From Escherichia phage vB_Eco_Tribble: a stretch of DNA of 64,000 nucleotides. A model generated the notes under the pieces. It saw only the letters and a list, made by a program, of their open reading frames with translations, searched no databases and had not been told where the DNA came from. Position 1 is the first letter of the stretch. Every line of letters starts with the position of its first letter. This document shows, one piece after another, positions 1 to 9,956 of the stretch. Made by a program: the position numbers and the translations under genes. The stretch lies in sequence record OX016465. One strand, written 5' to 3'.

Positions 1-90
1 ATATCAGTGACTTAAAAGACTACTACGCTGTAATTGTTCAAGAACTGAGCAAACGAAAAAATTTATCTTGATTTTGATTTTAAAAACAAG

Positions 91-161
91 TAAATTACTA
101 ATCAACGGGGAGGGAATGACCTTCCCCACTACATAAAGCCCTTAAACTAGGAGATTCTAAA
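91..161 (+). promoter_or_regulatory. Early promoter + conserved 5' leader cassette, type A copy 1
   Basis: TTGATT-N17-TAAATT sigma70-like hexamers, then GC hairpin GGGGAGGG-aatga-CCTTCCCC and RBS AGGAGA about 7 nt before ATG 162; near-identical cassette recurs 5 times. Confidence 0.6.
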
Positions 162-434
162 ATGTATACTACTAACAACGGTCGCACCTTAAACGTAACC
201 CTGCGCCACTATGTGAACGGCGTAATGCACTTCGAGGATTTACAAGCTGAACAACATATTCTTGATTGGCAACTTGCAGGACTGCAAAAAACTGCTACAG
301 GATACGGGAAAAAGATTCCAACCAGTTGGAAAGTATACTACGAAGGCCGTTTGCGTAGAATTTATCAAGATGTGCAAAGTAATAGCGCATCAAGTTACAT
401 CATAGTAAAAGGTAAAAAACTGCATTTAGTATAA
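162..434 (+). CDS. hypothetical early protein (90 aa)
   Basis: ORF track; ATG preceded by cassette A RBS. Confidence 0.6.
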   Translation: MYTTNNGRTLNVTLRHYVNGVMHFEDLQAEQHILDWQLAGLQKTATGYGKKIPTSWKVYYEGRLRRIYQDVQSNSASSYIIVKGKKLHLV

Positions 435-521
435 AAAGTACTTTACAGGGGGCTTATAGTTCGATAAAGTAAGCCCCAGATAAAGAGCTTTACCACTAAA
501 TCCTAAATTGGAGATTCAAAA
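435..521 (+). promoter_or_regulatory. Intercistronic cassette type B copy 1 (hairpin + conserved leader/RBS)
   Basis: hairpin GGGGCTTA-N13-TAAGCCCC at about 449-477 right after the stop of ORF 162-434, then agataaagagctttaccactaaatcct..GGAGATTCAAAA-ATG; second copy at 1237-1321. Confidence 0.55.
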
Positions 522-926
522 ATGGCTATTAATAACCGTGAGTTATCAATCTTAAAAGCACGTTTGACAGTTAACCGGATTAATGTTCTGACATCATCAG
601 CACCTGATGAAACATTGCACAACATTATTGGGAAGATTCAAAGTGTTATCTTAGACGTTGAAAACGTGAAAAACTCATTAACTGACGTTGCAGCAGGTAT
701 CACGCTAGACGGTGCGCAATATGAAATGGCTGACATGTTGGGCAAATCTAAGGTAATGAATAAAGAGCTTGATTTAAAAATGTTCAGATTCGCCGTAAAA
801 GTATGGCTATCCGTCGAGTATGATGCTAATTATGCAATCGCTGACTTTTTCGCCACTTGGTTGCAGCGTAATTTGTCAAATCACGACTTCCGTAATATCT
901 GTGATGCAATTTATGCAGAACTTTAA
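522..926 (+). CDS. hypothetical early protein (134 aa)
   Basis: ORF track; preceded by cassette B RBS. Confidence 0.6.
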   Translation: MAINNRELSILKARLTVNRINVLTSSAPDETLHNIIGKIQSVILDVENVKNSLTDVAAGITLDGAQYEMADMLGKSKVMNKELDLKMFRFAVKVWLSVEYDANYAIADFFATWLQRNLSNHDFRNICDAIYAEL

Positions 927-935
927 AAATTTTTG

Positions 936-1032
936 TTGACACTGGTTTTTATATATATATTAAATTACACATCAACGGGGAGGGAATGACCTTCCCCCAC
1001 TAAATAAAACCCTTAAACTAGGAGATTCAAAA
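936..1032 (+). promoter_or_regulatory. Early promoter + 5' leader cassette, type A copy 2
   Basis: TTGACA at 936-941, AT-rich spacer, TAAATT, hairpin GGGGAGGGaatgaCCTTCCCCC, RBS AGGAGA before ATG 1033. Confidence 0.6.
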
Positions 1033-1236
1033 ATGGCTATTATTAACGGCTTAACCATTGAAACCACACACATCAAAGACATTAAAGCCGGGGATGTAGT
1101 TCTTTTTCACGGCGTAGAAAAAACCGTCACGGCGAAAGATATTACAGAGGACTCCTTCATGGGTCGGTCGCTCTTCGGTGATTCCTATTGCTTAGGTTAC
1201 CGTGCTGTTTTAAAAGTTGTCAAAAATAACCGATAA
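1033..1236 (+). CDS. hypothetical early protein (67 aa)
   Basis: ORF track; cassette A upstream. Confidence 0.55.
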   Translation: MAIINGLTIETTHIKDIKAGDVVLFHGVEKTVTAKDITEDSFMGRSLFGDSYCLGYRAVLKVVKNNR

Positions 1237-1321
1237 AGTACTTTACAGGGGGCTTAAAAGTTGATATCTTAAGCCCCAGATAAAGAGCTTTACCACTAAA
1301 TCCTAGACTGGAGATTCAAAA
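1237..1321 (+). promoter_or_regulatory. Intercistronic cassette type B copy 2
   Basis: hairpin GGGGCTTAA-N11-TTAAGCCCC at about 1249-1277 then the same conserved leader and GGAGATTCAAAA-ATG as copy 1. Confidence 0.55.
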
Positions 1322-1864
1322 ATGAAATGCTTTCACGGTACTACTCAAGAAAACTTCCTCAACCTGATTAATAACGGCGATAAACCATCAGGCGCATGGA
1401 ATTGTTCGGACATGGACGGTAATTTTTACGTGTATCCAGAAAATAAAATCTATGGCGACGATGAAGAAGAGATGACAGCCGAAGGCATTCAGCAAGCATT
1501 AGGTAATGCCACTATTACGGCCGCTTTCCAGATGAAAACTCAAAATATTGTTATCTTGGAACTTGATATTCCAGAGGATGAGCTGAATGATGATTATTCT
1601 TGTGATAATATGTCTGGCGTGGCAAGTTTTACAGAGTACTTTGATGCAAGTTGGATTAAAAAGGTTTACGTAACCGAGTTTAATGCGATGTTTTCGCCTT
1701 TTTGTCTTCCTTCACTGGATAACCCAAATTTAAACTATCTTGATGAGTCTCTGGAACTTCTTGCTAAAAGCGTTCAACAGTCGGACAGTATTCAGGTTTT
1801 TTGTGACATCATGGACACACTGGCAGGAAACATCACAGAGAGAGATTTAAAGAGCTTTTTCTAA
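1322..1864 (+). CDS. hypothetical early protein, acidic (180 aa)
   Basis: ORF track; many D/E clusters (DDEEEMTAEG, DIPEDELNDDYSCD). Confidence 0.6.
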   Translation: MKCFHGTTQENFLNLINNGDKPSGAWNCSDMDGNFYVYPENKIYGDDEEEMTAEGIQQALGNATITAAFQMKTQNIVILELDIPEDELNDDYSCDNMSGVASFTEYFDASWIKKVYVTEFNAMFSPFCLPSLDNPNLNYLDESLELLAKSVQQSDSIQVFCDIMDTLAGNITERDLKSFF

Positions 1865-1895
1865 AACCTATATAATCACCTTATAAACACTAATT

Positions 1896-1915
1896 AGCCC
1901 CTTGTAGGGGCTTTT
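1896..1915 (+). terminator. rho-independent terminator
   Basis: AGCCCC-ttgta-GGGGCT followed by TTTT, 30 nt after stop of ORF 1322-1864. Confidence 0.6.
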
Positions 1916-1929
1916 AGAGGGCTTAAATC

Positions 1930-2163
1930 ATGCTTACAACCATTTATCTCATCCTTTCCATCTGTAATGGTCATTCATGCGATTTTAAAGGGCTTGAGGA
2001 GTTTACAGGAAGTAAAGAAAATGCTATTCAAGTTTGCCAGATAGCAAGGCAAGACTACCCCGCAAGTGATGATATTCAATGCTACTTTAATACAGAAGAC
2101 GACGACGGCATTTATTTTGATAGTGTTGATGGTCAATATGAAATTATCATTGAAAAAGACTAG
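1930..2163 (+). CDS. hypothetical protein (77 aa)
   Basis: ORF track; RBS AGAGGG upstream. Confidence 0.5.
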   Translation: MLTTIYLILSICNGHSCDFKGLEEFTGSKENAIQVCQIARQDYPASDDIQCYFNTEDDDGIYFDSVDGQYEIIIEKD

Positions 2164-2254
2164 ACAAGCCTGATAAAAGTCTGTAAATTGTCAATCAACG
2201 GGGAGGGAATGACCTCCCCCACTAAATAAAACCCTTAAACTAGGAGATTCAAAA
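2161..2254 (+). promoter_or_regulatory. Early promoter + 5' leader cassette, type A copy 3
   Basis: TAGACA-N17-TAAATT, hairpin GGGGAGGGaatgaCCTCCCCC, RBS AGGAGA before ATG 2255. Confidence 0.55.
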
Positions 2255-2596
2255 ATGGCTTATGTAACTGTAATCACCAATAAACCGGATTCATCTTGGT
2301 CAACCCAAGTAAGTGATAAGATGACACCTATGCAGTGCCTAAAATACTTTGAGCAATGGAATAAAGGCGAGGATGTAAGCCCCTTCCAAGTAATGCAGAT
2401 TATTCATGTAGACAATGAAGGGAAGAAAACAACCCTGAGCAGCGAGTACTATGCAAACCGATTTGAAACGAGAAGTAAAGCAATGAAGCTTCTACGTGAA
2501 TCCGGTTATGCTCATATTGCCGCACTAATCTGGGATGACCTGCTAAAAATCCAACGTATCAGCTATGTAAAACCTGAAAAAATATTCATCAGTTAA
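2255..2596 (+). CDS. hypothetical early protein (113 aa)
   Basis: ORF track; cassette A upstream. Confidence 0.6.
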   Translation: MAYVTVITNKPDSSWSTQVSDKMTPMQCLKYFEQWNKGEDVSPFQVMQIIHVDNEGKKTTLSSEYYANRFETRSKAMKLLRESGYAHIAALIWDDLLKIQRISYVKPEKIFIS

Positions 2597-2628
2597 TCAA
2601 CAACTTACAAAAAACTTTCAAAAAAGTG

Positions 2629-2657
2629 TTGACAATACCCCTTGACATTGGTAATGT
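2629..2657 (+). promoter_or_regulatory. sigma70-like promoter
   Basis: TTGACA 2629-2634, 17 nt spacer containing a second TTGACA, TAATGT 2652-2657. Confidence 0.45.
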
Positions 2658-2728
2658 TGTTCGAGGGGGGTTTATCTAAAAGGGATTCACTTAAAAGGTT
2701 CTTTATAGATAAGCTTAAAAAATTGCTT

Positions 2729-2818
2729 GCAATCAGCTATCAAAACAAGTAAATTACTAATCAACGGGAGGGAATGACCTCCCCACTAAATAAAACCCTT
2801 AAACTAGGAGATTCAAAA
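2729..2818 (+). promoter_or_regulatory. Early promoter + 5' leader cassette, type A copy 4
   Basis: TTGCAA-N17-TAAATT, hairpin GGGAGGGaatgaCCTCCCC, RBS AGGAGA before ATG 2819. Confidence 0.55.
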
Positions 2819-3349
2819 ATGAACAAGTTCAAAGCCATCAACTATATTCGTTCAAATGCTGTAATGTCAAAGCCTGTCAAAGATACCTACGAATTTCGCT
2901 GCAATGGGGTACACTTTGCAACCATCACCAAATCAGAAAACGGGGCTTATTACGTTCATCGTCGTAATGCTGCAACCGTTGTAGTCTCTCACTTTATGCA
3001 AGCTGTAGCAGAATTATTACCGCTATTCTTAGGGATTTACTTGGATGAGTGCAAAAACGTTCATAGCCACGTTAAAAACCTTTTAAATAGCTATAAAATG
3101 GCTTATGAGCGTTCAATCAAGTTCTTAAACAAGTTCTATAAAGCCCCTGTAAATACTGTTTCAATGGCTTACACTGTAAGCGGTGAGCTGGTTAGTCTCT
3201 TCGAAGTGGAAGGAATCGAACTGCATGACTTGCGCCCCAATGGTTACGCTAAGACACTGGGAGAAGGCTTATCTTTCAATATCAAGAACTTAGAAAAAAC
3301 TTTGAGAGATATTGAAAAAGATATTGACGAGACAATCAAAAATCTGTAA
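2819..3349 (+). CDS. hypothetical early protein (about 177 aa)
   Basis: ORF track 2774-3349 trimmed to the ATG that follows the cassette A RBS; the track start lies inside the conserved leader. Confidence 0.6.
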   Translation: MNKFKAINYIRSNAVMSKPVKDTYEFRCNGVHFATITKSENGAYYVHRRNAATVVVSHFMQAVAELLPLFLGIYLDECKNVHSHVKNLLNSYKMAYERSIKFLNKFYKAPVNTVSMAYTVSGELVSLFEVEGIELHDLRPNGYAKTLGEGLSFNIKNLEKTLRDIEKDIDETIKNL

Positions 3350-3417
3350 ATTGTCAATCAACGGGGAGGGAATGACCTTCCCCACTAAATAAAACCCTTA
3401 AACTAGGAGATTCAAAA
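3324..3417 (+). promoter_or_regulatory. Early promoter + 5' leader cassette, type A copy 5
   Basis: TTGACG 3324-3329, 17 nt spacer, TAAATT 3347-3352, hairpin GGGGAGGGaatgaCCTTCCCC, RBS AGGAGA before ATG 3418. Confidence 0.6.
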
Positions 3418-3666
3418 ATGGCAACTATCCGCGCTACTGTTAACGAATTTGGTTTTTACTCTCTGGATGTTAAATTTGACATTGCAGGCACTGATAACGC
3501 CTTTGAAATGGTGAAAGGTCTTATCAGTCAGACCATCAGCGACTATAATCCTTCTAATGAGTTCTGGGAGGAAACAAAACAGGAAGTTCTTAAAGAGGGT
3601 TATTCTTTTCACTATTGGGGTGAAAAAATTGTCTCCCTGTACTACGACAAAGAAGGCACTAACTAA
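3418..3666 (+). CDS. hypothetical early protein (82 aa)
   Basis: ORF track; cassette A upstream. Confidence 0.6.
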   Translation: MATIRATVNEFGFYSLDVKFDIAGTDNAFEMVKGLISQTISDYNPSNEFWEETKQEVLKEGYSFHYWGEKIVSLYYDKEGTN

Positions 3667-3703
3667 TCGACGCAGCGGGGCTATTTAGCCCCAGATACCT
3701 GAA

Positions 3704-3729
3704 CAGCCCCTACTCAAAGGGGCTTTTTT
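3704..3729 (+). terminator. rho-independent terminator closing the early module
   Basis: AGCCCC-tactcaaa-GGGGCT then TTTTTT; an additional tight palindrome GGGGCTAttTAGCCCC at 3677-3692. Confidence 0.65.
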
Positions 3730-5310
3730 ACGTCTATCGAATCCTTATACAAACCCTTTCCCTTTCCTTTCCAGAATCTTACTAGACCTTAAAAAGCAAT
3801 AACTCTATAGTCTACTCTATAACCTCTTATCAAATCAACTTAAATATAAGCCCATAACCCGAAAGGGAAGGGCAACCCCTTAAACGCTCTATAACGCCCT
3901 ATAACAGCCTTATCACCCTAACTTAAGCAATCATATTAACCCACCCTAAAAAGCCCTTTATAAAGCTTCTGAGAGCCTTAAAAGAACCTTATAAGGGTGA
4001 AAGCTTATAGGCTGGCTAGTATCTTGTGAATGATTAAACAAACCCCTTGATAGCTATTAAAAAGCATGTTATAGGGGTTATAAAGTTACTTTGAAGTAGC
4101 TTAAAAGTTACGTAAATGCTAGCCCCCTTAACATTTTTTTAACATTTTCTTAACAAACCCTACATAGTTATTCTTGTTAGCACCTTGTTAAATCTCTGTT
4201 AAGACCACGTAAAAACCTTGTAAGAACCTTTGGCATAGCCTTAAAAGCTCCTGTAAAGCCCTATAAAGAGCTACCCATACAGTTGAGGGGTAAATACTAG
4301 GGAGGGACTTAAAAGAGCCTATAAAGAGCTTTTAAGAGCTTTTAAGAGGTATGTTTAAGAAGTCACTAAGAAAGGAAAGGAACGATAAGAAAAGAGTAGT
4401 GACCATGTTAATAGCTTGTTAAAAAGATTAAACACTTGTTAGGAACTTGTTAATTATCTTAACAAAATAACTCTTTAAAATTAACTTGTTAGCTCTTGTT
4501 AGTCATCTGTTAAGCCTATGTAAAGACTATTCAGCACTTGTTAATTGGTATTGTTACCAATCCCTAGAAAACTGTTACAGCCTTGTTAGTTCTGTTAAGA
4601 ATCTGTTAAGACCTTTGAAGGGTTGTTAAGAAGATGTGAGAACTGTTAAGAGATTGTTAAGGATATTTTAAAATTTTGCAAAGGGGGTGTTAAGGGGCTG
4701 TTAAGGGCTACCAAGCAGATATACATCCTAATCAGATATTTTTCAGTTCCTTCAAAGACCCTAAAAAATGACTTGATAGCCCTATTTTATAAAAATTTTA
4801 AGATTCTGAATAATTACCTATACAGCCTTTTAAAAATACAGGTAATAACAGGCTTATAAGATACCTTGTTAGTACCGTGTTAGACCTTGTGAGATAAGGT
4901 CTGTGAAGATATTCCTGTTAAGTTTGTTAAAACAGTCTATATAGAGGCTTAGTAGTACCTAGTGAACACCTATAGAGAGTAACATAGCTAACCTAGAGAT
5001 TAAGAGGTGTATAGGAGCTTCTAAGAGGATATAGAGAGATGGTTAAGATGATTGTATAGGTTGTTTAGAAGGCTTGTTAGAAGAGTGTTTAGATGGCTAT
5101 TTAGAAGGGCTATACAGAGGGCTATTAAGACCACTAGATAGTTACTAAGATACTATATAGTACTATATAACTATATAGAGAGTAAGATTAAGAAGGTTGT
5201 TAAGAAGGATAGATATTTTATTCACATATGATGGTGACCCAGAGGTTGGGACAACCGATAAAATTTTATAAAAATTAAAAAGCCCCCAATTAAGGAGGCT
5301 CTTAAGATAT
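3730..5310. repeat. 1.6 kb ORF-free iteron-rich region between convergent gene blocks
   Basis: no ORF of 60 aa or more on either strand; at least 25 copies of YTGTTA(A/G)(G) (ctgttaag, cttgttag, ttgttaag) between about 4170 and 4930, plus clusters of CTATAA(A)G (3800-4330) and TATAGAG/TTAGAAG (4940-5220). Confidence 0.6.
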
Positions 5311-5311
5311 T

Positions 5312-5935
5312 TTAAATCAGTGTTTCCAGAACTGTTTTCAATGATGACTTGGTTGTCTGATAAAAATGAGTAAATCCATTGTTATTATCGAATACCTGCA
5401 TCATGATATCATCACCCTTGATTGGGTAAACTCGGATATCATAGTGAAAACCATTAAAGACACAAGAGCCATTACAGAATGCACTAAAGTCATCAACTGA
5501 GATATACTCTTCATGTCCTGTGATTTTTATACAAACGCCTTTACTCGGTCTCTTAGGGTTGATATCTTCCATCACAGACATACTCTGTCCACCAAGAGAT
5601 ACCATAGTGACCACTTTACGGTTCTTCTGTCTAAAGTACATTTTAACTTTCTGCAAAGTGTCTTCATAGAACGGATAAGACCTTTCTACAAAGATTCCTT
5701 CAAGTGGCTCTTTACCATTTTCAACTTCTCTGTTATGCCGTACTGCAAAGATGATTTGTTCGAACCAGTCAAGATTTTCTTCGGAGAGTGCTTCTCGAAC
5801 ATCACTCCAGTCAAGTACTAGATAGTTACCTTCAACATCTTTTAAGTTATCTTTTTCCATATCTATCACACCATTATCGTAAAACTTGATATTCTGGTAC
5901 TGCGAATTTATTACTATTGTTCTTGATGAGGTCAT
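5312..5935 (-). CDS. hypothetical protein (207 aa)
   Basis: ORF track; an internal ATG at 5860 would remove the overlap with the upstream gene. Confidence 0.55.
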   Translation of the reverse strand: MTSSRTIVINSQYQNIKFYDNGVIDMEKDNLKDVEGNYLVLDWSDVREALSEENLDWFEQIIFAVRHNREVENGKEPLEGIFVERSYPFYEDTLQKVKMYFRQKNRKVVTMVSLGGQSMSVMEDINPKRPSKGVCIKITGHEEYISVDDFSAFCNGSCVFNGFHYDIRVYPIKGDDIMMQVFDNNNGFTHFYQTTKSSLKTVLETLI

Positions 5936-6338
5936 CTTCTGAAACTAAAAATGTAATCCCACATAAGTGTCTGTAACGACTATCATACTCGAATATCTTA
6001 AACAGATATTTACCATCATGATAAACCTGTTGCACTTCACCTTCTGCAACAATCTCGCCTGTAATAAAATTTTTTAGTTTATACACATTACCAACTTTAG
6101 GTACTGTTTTCATCTCAGGCTCTTTTAGTGCTACACCTATTTTTGCATCACCGAGTAAATGAGAACTCTCAAAAGCTACGTGTTTCATATAAGCTTCTGA
6201 ACATTCCCAAATAAAACAATGTACAAGAATCTTAGCAGCATGTCTTGAACAGTTCAACTTATCACAGATTTCTGTGTACATCTCATCTTTAGTCGAGTTG
6301 TCAAGCATTGCTCTTTGTACTATCTCTTTAACCTTCAT
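5874..6338 (-). CDS. hypothetical protein (154 aa)
   Basis: ORF track. Confidence 0.55.
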   Translation of the reverse strand: MKVKEIVQRAMLDNSTKDEMYTEICDKLNCSRHAAKILVHCFIWECSEAYMKHVAFESSHLLGDAKIGVALKEPEMKTVPKVGNVYKLKNFITGEIVAEGEVQQVYHDGKYLFKIFEYDSRYRHLCGITFLVSEDDLIKNNSNKFAVPEYQVLR

Positions 6339-6756
6339 AAGCTCTCCGAATAACCCTATTAAGCATCTCTAAAGTCAGCTTTCCAGATTCTAAATGTGGC
6401 ATAACAAGCTTTAAAGCTTTTTCAACATCATGCACAATATCAATTATACCTTCTTCATAGGCTTCTACAAGGATATCTTTTACGTTTTGTGGGTTACCTT
6501 TTTGTGGTATTACTAGACGCATATCAAACTCATTTGCCTGAGGGTGGCTCTTACCACGCCAGAAACCGTCCTTATCAAAGCTTATAAAGTTATCCTCATT
6601 AAAATTAATACCACAAACCTTAAATTTGTCTAGTACTATGCAGTTGAGAGGATAACCATCACTCATATCACTAATTCCAAGAAACTTAACAGTAGCTATA
6701 TACCTCTGTGTCTTTGCATCTACAATGTCAAGCTCTTTACCTACATGCTCTTTCAT
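6328..6756 (-). CDS. hypothetical protein (142 aa)
   Basis: ORF track. Confidence 0.55.
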   Translation of the reverse strand: MKEHVGKELDIVDAKTQRYIATVKFLGISDMSDGYPLNCIVLDKFKVCGINFNEDNFISFDKDGFWRGKSHPQANEFDMRLVIPQKGNPQNVKDILVEAYEEGIIDIVHDVEKALKLVMPHLESGKLTLEMLNRVIRRAYEG

Positions 6757-6810
6757 TTCGCTACCTTCTAAGTTTCTACAAAGGGGCTATCGAGTAACCC
6801 CCTCAAGTTA

Positions 6811-7035
6811 CTACTCAGACTTTTCAGTCTTCTTATCGGATTTCTTGCTAGTCTTCTTCTCAGCTTTCTGCTCAGGTTCCTTCTCAGAAGTTGCCTTGAT
6901 AACCATATCAAGAAGTTCTGATAAGTCACTCTTCAGAAGCGTTACAGGTTGCTCATTATAGAAGTTTTTGTCAAGATAAACTTTGAACTCTTCTATAGAA
7001 GGAAATCCAAAAATTGGTACAGGTGTCTTAATCAT
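6811..7035 (-). CDS. hypothetical protein with lysine/glutamate-rich tail (74 aa)
   Basis: ORF track. Confidence 0.45.
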   Translation of the reverse strand: MIKTPVPIFGFPSIEEFKVYLDKNFYNEQPVTLLKSDLSELLDMVIKATSEKEPEQKAEKKTSKKSDKKTEKSE

Positions 7036-7111
7036 TACTTAGTCTCTCCATAGGCATCTTTTAAGATTACCTTGTTAATCATTTCAGCGATTGCAAAACG
7101 AACACATACAG

Positions 7112-7645
7112 CTATAATTGTAGGTTGCATTCTTTACTTACCTCTTCAAGTTTAACCTCAGAATCCTTAAGTCGTTTCTTATGAACTCTGAACCTCATTA
7201 GTGAGATGATGATACCAGCTAAAGGAACAACATACAAGTACCAGACATCATGCAACTTTGCAGTAATCTGTGTAATGGTCAAGTCTTGAGCTATGTAGCT
7301 GATTGCTGATACAGCTAGTAACGTTGCTAAGAAGAACACTAGTATCATAACAATATTTAGACAACCTCTGGCATGGTATTCATGCTTAATACACTTGTTC
7401 TTTTCGTCAACAACCCTATTGTAGTCGTTTGTAAAGTCTCTGTAGAAAGCTTTCAAGTATTCTTGACTGTAGCCTTCAAAGCAACCTGTACCGTACCAGT
7501 AATCACCACCAAAATGTGCTATGATACCGGTATCTCCATTTGGTTTTGTTACTCTTAGGGAGACATGATGACCAGTCTTCTGGTAATCTATTTTGTATCT
7601 TTCTTCGTAAATCATTTCCCAACCCCTCTCAATCGTTTGTTCCAT
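7112..7645 (-). CDS. hypothetical membrane protein (177 aa)
   Basis: ORF track; long hydrophobic segments in the C-terminal half (IVMILVFFLATLLAVSAISYIA, YLYVVPLAGIIISLM). Confidence 0.55.
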   Translation of the reverse strand: MEQTIERGWEMIYEERYKIDYQKTGHHVSLRVTKPNGDTGIIAHFGGDYWYGTGCFEGYSQEYLKAFYRDFTNDYNRVVDEKNKCIKHEYHARGCLNIVMILVFFLATLLAVSAISYIAQDLTITQITAKLHDVWYLYVVPLAGIIISLMRFRVHKKRLKDSEVKLEEVSKECNLQL

Positions 7646-7830
7646 TCAAGGTCAACAAATCTTTGCAGAACTTTCCCTCTAGGTGTTACGCCTTTTAAAT
7701 CTGCATCATAGCAATGGTAAAAATCGCCTTCAGCGTACTTACCATAGCATTTTCTGATATTCTGGCTTCTGCGATACTGTTCTAACAGGGAAAGTTTGTA
7801 GTAATCTTCAACTGTAGTTAACTTTTTCAT
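7612..7830 (-). CDS. hypothetical protein (72 aa)
   Basis: ORF track. Confidence 0.45.
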   Translation of the reverse strand: MKKLTTVEDYYKLSLLEQYRRSQNIRKCYGKYAEGDFYHCYDADLKGVTPRGKVLQRFVDLEWNKRLRGVGK

Positions 7831-7913
7831 TCTTTTACCATGTCTCTTCTCTAGAAACTAAAAAGGGAACTACCTCTCGATAGCTCCCAGCATAATCAGT
7901 TTTGTATACTCGG

Positions 7914-8495
7914 TCAAGAGTATTTTTTAGGCAGTAATGCACTGCGCTTGTTACTCTCTTCACTCAATAGTGCAATGAAATCATCACTTTTACCTTTCCA
8001 CGGGCTGAATGAAGGGATGTGTTCACGGATAGCATCAATCACTGTTTTAAGTGCTGTGTTCTTCATCCACCAATCAGAATCTGCTGATGCTACCACGTAG
8101 TATCCACCATCATCAGTTAAAATTGGCTCTGAAATACATGGTGAAATCAAAGTGGTGATGATTGAACCATTGTTCATGTAATATGTGCGCTTAATAACCT
8201 TTTCAAGAAGCTTGTGAAGGTCACCAAACAGTGTTACAAGTTCTTTGTGGTCGATGTCTTTTTCTAGGCTTGCTCGGTACTTCAATAGTGCAGCATCAAC
8301 CTCTCTGTCATTAAACTTGAAGTACTGGACTTCATCAACAAGGCAGACACTAATGTTATTAACATTCATAGTCAACTTGCAAACTTTTGCAGGGGAATTG
8401 ATACTCGGTTGAAAAAGTGCAACACACCCTTCAATGTTTCCAAAATGTTGGACTAATGTTACTTGTGGAATGATATCCTGTTGCTCTTCGGACAT
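7914..8495 (-). CDS. hypothetical protein (193 aa)
   Basis: ORF track. Confidence 0.55.
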   Translation of the reverse strand: MSEEQQDIIPQVTLVQHFGNIEGCVALFQPSINSPAKVCKLTMNVNNISVCLVDEVQYFKFNDREVDAALLKYRASLEKDIDHKELVTLFGDLHKLLEKVIKRTYYMNNGSIITTLISPCISEPILTDDGGYYVVASADSDWWMKNTALKTVIDAIREHIPSFSPWKGKSDDFIALLSEESNKRSALLPKKYS

Positions 8496-8839
8496 TACAG
8501 TTTCCTCATTAAATACTTTTTAAGTTGTGTGTTAGGTTTCTCAAAAACTTCTATAGAAGATATCTTGACAGCTTCACCACGCATACCTGTATGTTTGAAT
8601 ATGTAATACTCTAACATCCCTATGTACTTTGCTGGTAAGTCATATTTGACATACACCGTCACAGAATCTTCAAACTCAACAACCTTTGTACCATCTTTGT
8701 AGTTGAACTCTTTAGGATGGTTGTAGTTGTCTATATCGTACATTAAAAAGAGTCTTTTACGTTGTAAGTCAAGCTTATTTGTTAAAGACTCTTTGATATC
8801 TGAGAAGTTTTTGTACACTGTGACATGGAGCTTACTCAT
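8495..8839 (-). CDS. hypothetical protein (114 aa)
   Basis: ORF track. Confidence 0.55.
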   Translation of the reverse strand: MSKLHVTVYKNFSDIKESLTNKLDLQRKRLFLMYDIDNYNHPKEFNYKDGTKVVEFEDSVTVYVKYDLPAKYIGMLEYYIFKHTGMRGEAVKISSIEVFEKPNTQLKKYLMRKL

Positions 8840-9125
8840 CGTTAAACTCTCTGACGAAGAAATAGTTGACTTTATTATTACCTACCATAAGGTCAAAGCA
8901 GGTATTTTCAAAAGGCTTGTTGTAGGCATCGTATGCAGTGTACGTATCAGCTACTTGTTTAGTGTTGAGCTTTTTACTTGATGGGTTTAAGAGGCCACCA
9001 TACAGCTTCTTGATAGCCTCTTCTACAACAGACCAGATGATTTCGTCAGTAATTTCTTCGTACAGGTCAAGTTCACGCTCTAGTGAGAAGTCACAAATAG
9101 GGAAAACAACCTGTACTTTACTCAT
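8832..9125 (-). CDS. hypothetical protein (97 aa)
   Basis: ORF track. Confidence 0.5.
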   Translation of the reverse strand: MSKVQVVFPICDFSLERELDLYEEITDEIIWSVVEEAIKKLYGGLLNPSSKKLNTKQVADTYTAYDAYNKPFENTCFDLMVGNNKVNYFFVREFNDE

Positions 9126-9514
9126 TAACGAATAACCTGTGAGACTTGAATTGCTTCAGTTACAGACAAATCACCAACTTTCTCTTCTTTGATAAAAGTG
9201 AAGGTGAGTTCAACAGGCTCTTGCTCTTCTTGCTCAACTGGAATACCGTTAAGCTCATCACGGATTGATTGAGTTGTCCAATCTTCCCCACCATCTGGAT
9301 AATGGATTGCATAAAGTGGGAACTCCATGTCATACCAACCAAATACAGGGCAGCCATCTGCATCATCTCGCATCCTACGTAGTGTGCTACCTGAGCCTGT
9401 AAAACGAAGGCTGATATTACCATTACACTCAAAAATTACTGCATCAGCAAGACCAGCGTCTTCACGGCCATCATGGCCAAAAGTGTCAACTTTTACTTGA
9501 ATCTCTTTATTCAT
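9125..9514 (-). CDS. hypothetical protein (129 aa)
   Basis: ORF track. Confidence 0.55.
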   Translation of the reverse strand: MNKEIQVKVDTFGHDGREDAGLADAVIFECNGNISLRFTGSGSTLRRMRDDADGCPVFGWYDMEFPLYAIHYPDGGEDWTTQSIRDELNGIPVEQEEQEPVELTFTFIKEEKVGDLSVTEAIQVSQVIR

Positions 9515-9905
9515 AGAAACCTCTCTCTGCTTGTTCGATTTTTGCTCTTAAAGCTTCGCAATGTTGTAAATGATAGTTAGCTTCTTGTTCATGTGTTGCT
9601 AACTGCCTTTCCAGAACAGTTTTATAATAACTTGCAAGTTGCTCTTTTGTCAATGGGTGCTCTGAAATAATATCAAGTCCACTTTCACCGAGAGGGTTGA
9701 ATTGTCCATGTTCGTTGACATTGTAAGTCTCAAACTTGAACAGGCCATTGTTCACAGACTCAATAGGTGACAGTTCAACAAGCTCTACAGTAAACCGTGT
9801 ATATACCTTGTCACCTCTTGAAACCACATTGTTCCCGACAATGCGTACAAGCGAGCCATTACGAGTGTACTTAAAAGTCCCAAAGTCACTAGCCCAAAGT
9901 TTCAT
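9507..9905 (-). CDS. hypothetical protein (132 aa)
   Basis: ORF track. Confidence 0.55.
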   Translation of the reverse strand: MKLWASDFGTFKYTRNGSLVRIVGNNVVSRGDKVYTRFTVELVELSPIESVNNGLFKFETYNVNEHGQFNPLGESGLDIISEHPLTKEQLASYYKTVLERQLATHEQEANYHLQHCEALRAKIEQAERGFYE

Positions 9906-9920
9906 AGTTTTCTCCTTAGA

Positions 9921-9946
9921 AAATAAAAAAGGCTCCCGAAGGAGCC
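9921..9946 (-). terminator. rho-independent terminator (minus strand) after the endolysin gene
   Basis: GGCTCC-cgaa-GGAGCC hairpin with the T-run on the minus strand (plus-strand aaataaaaaa at 9921-9930). Confidence 0.6.
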
Positions 9947-9956
9947 TATGAAGATA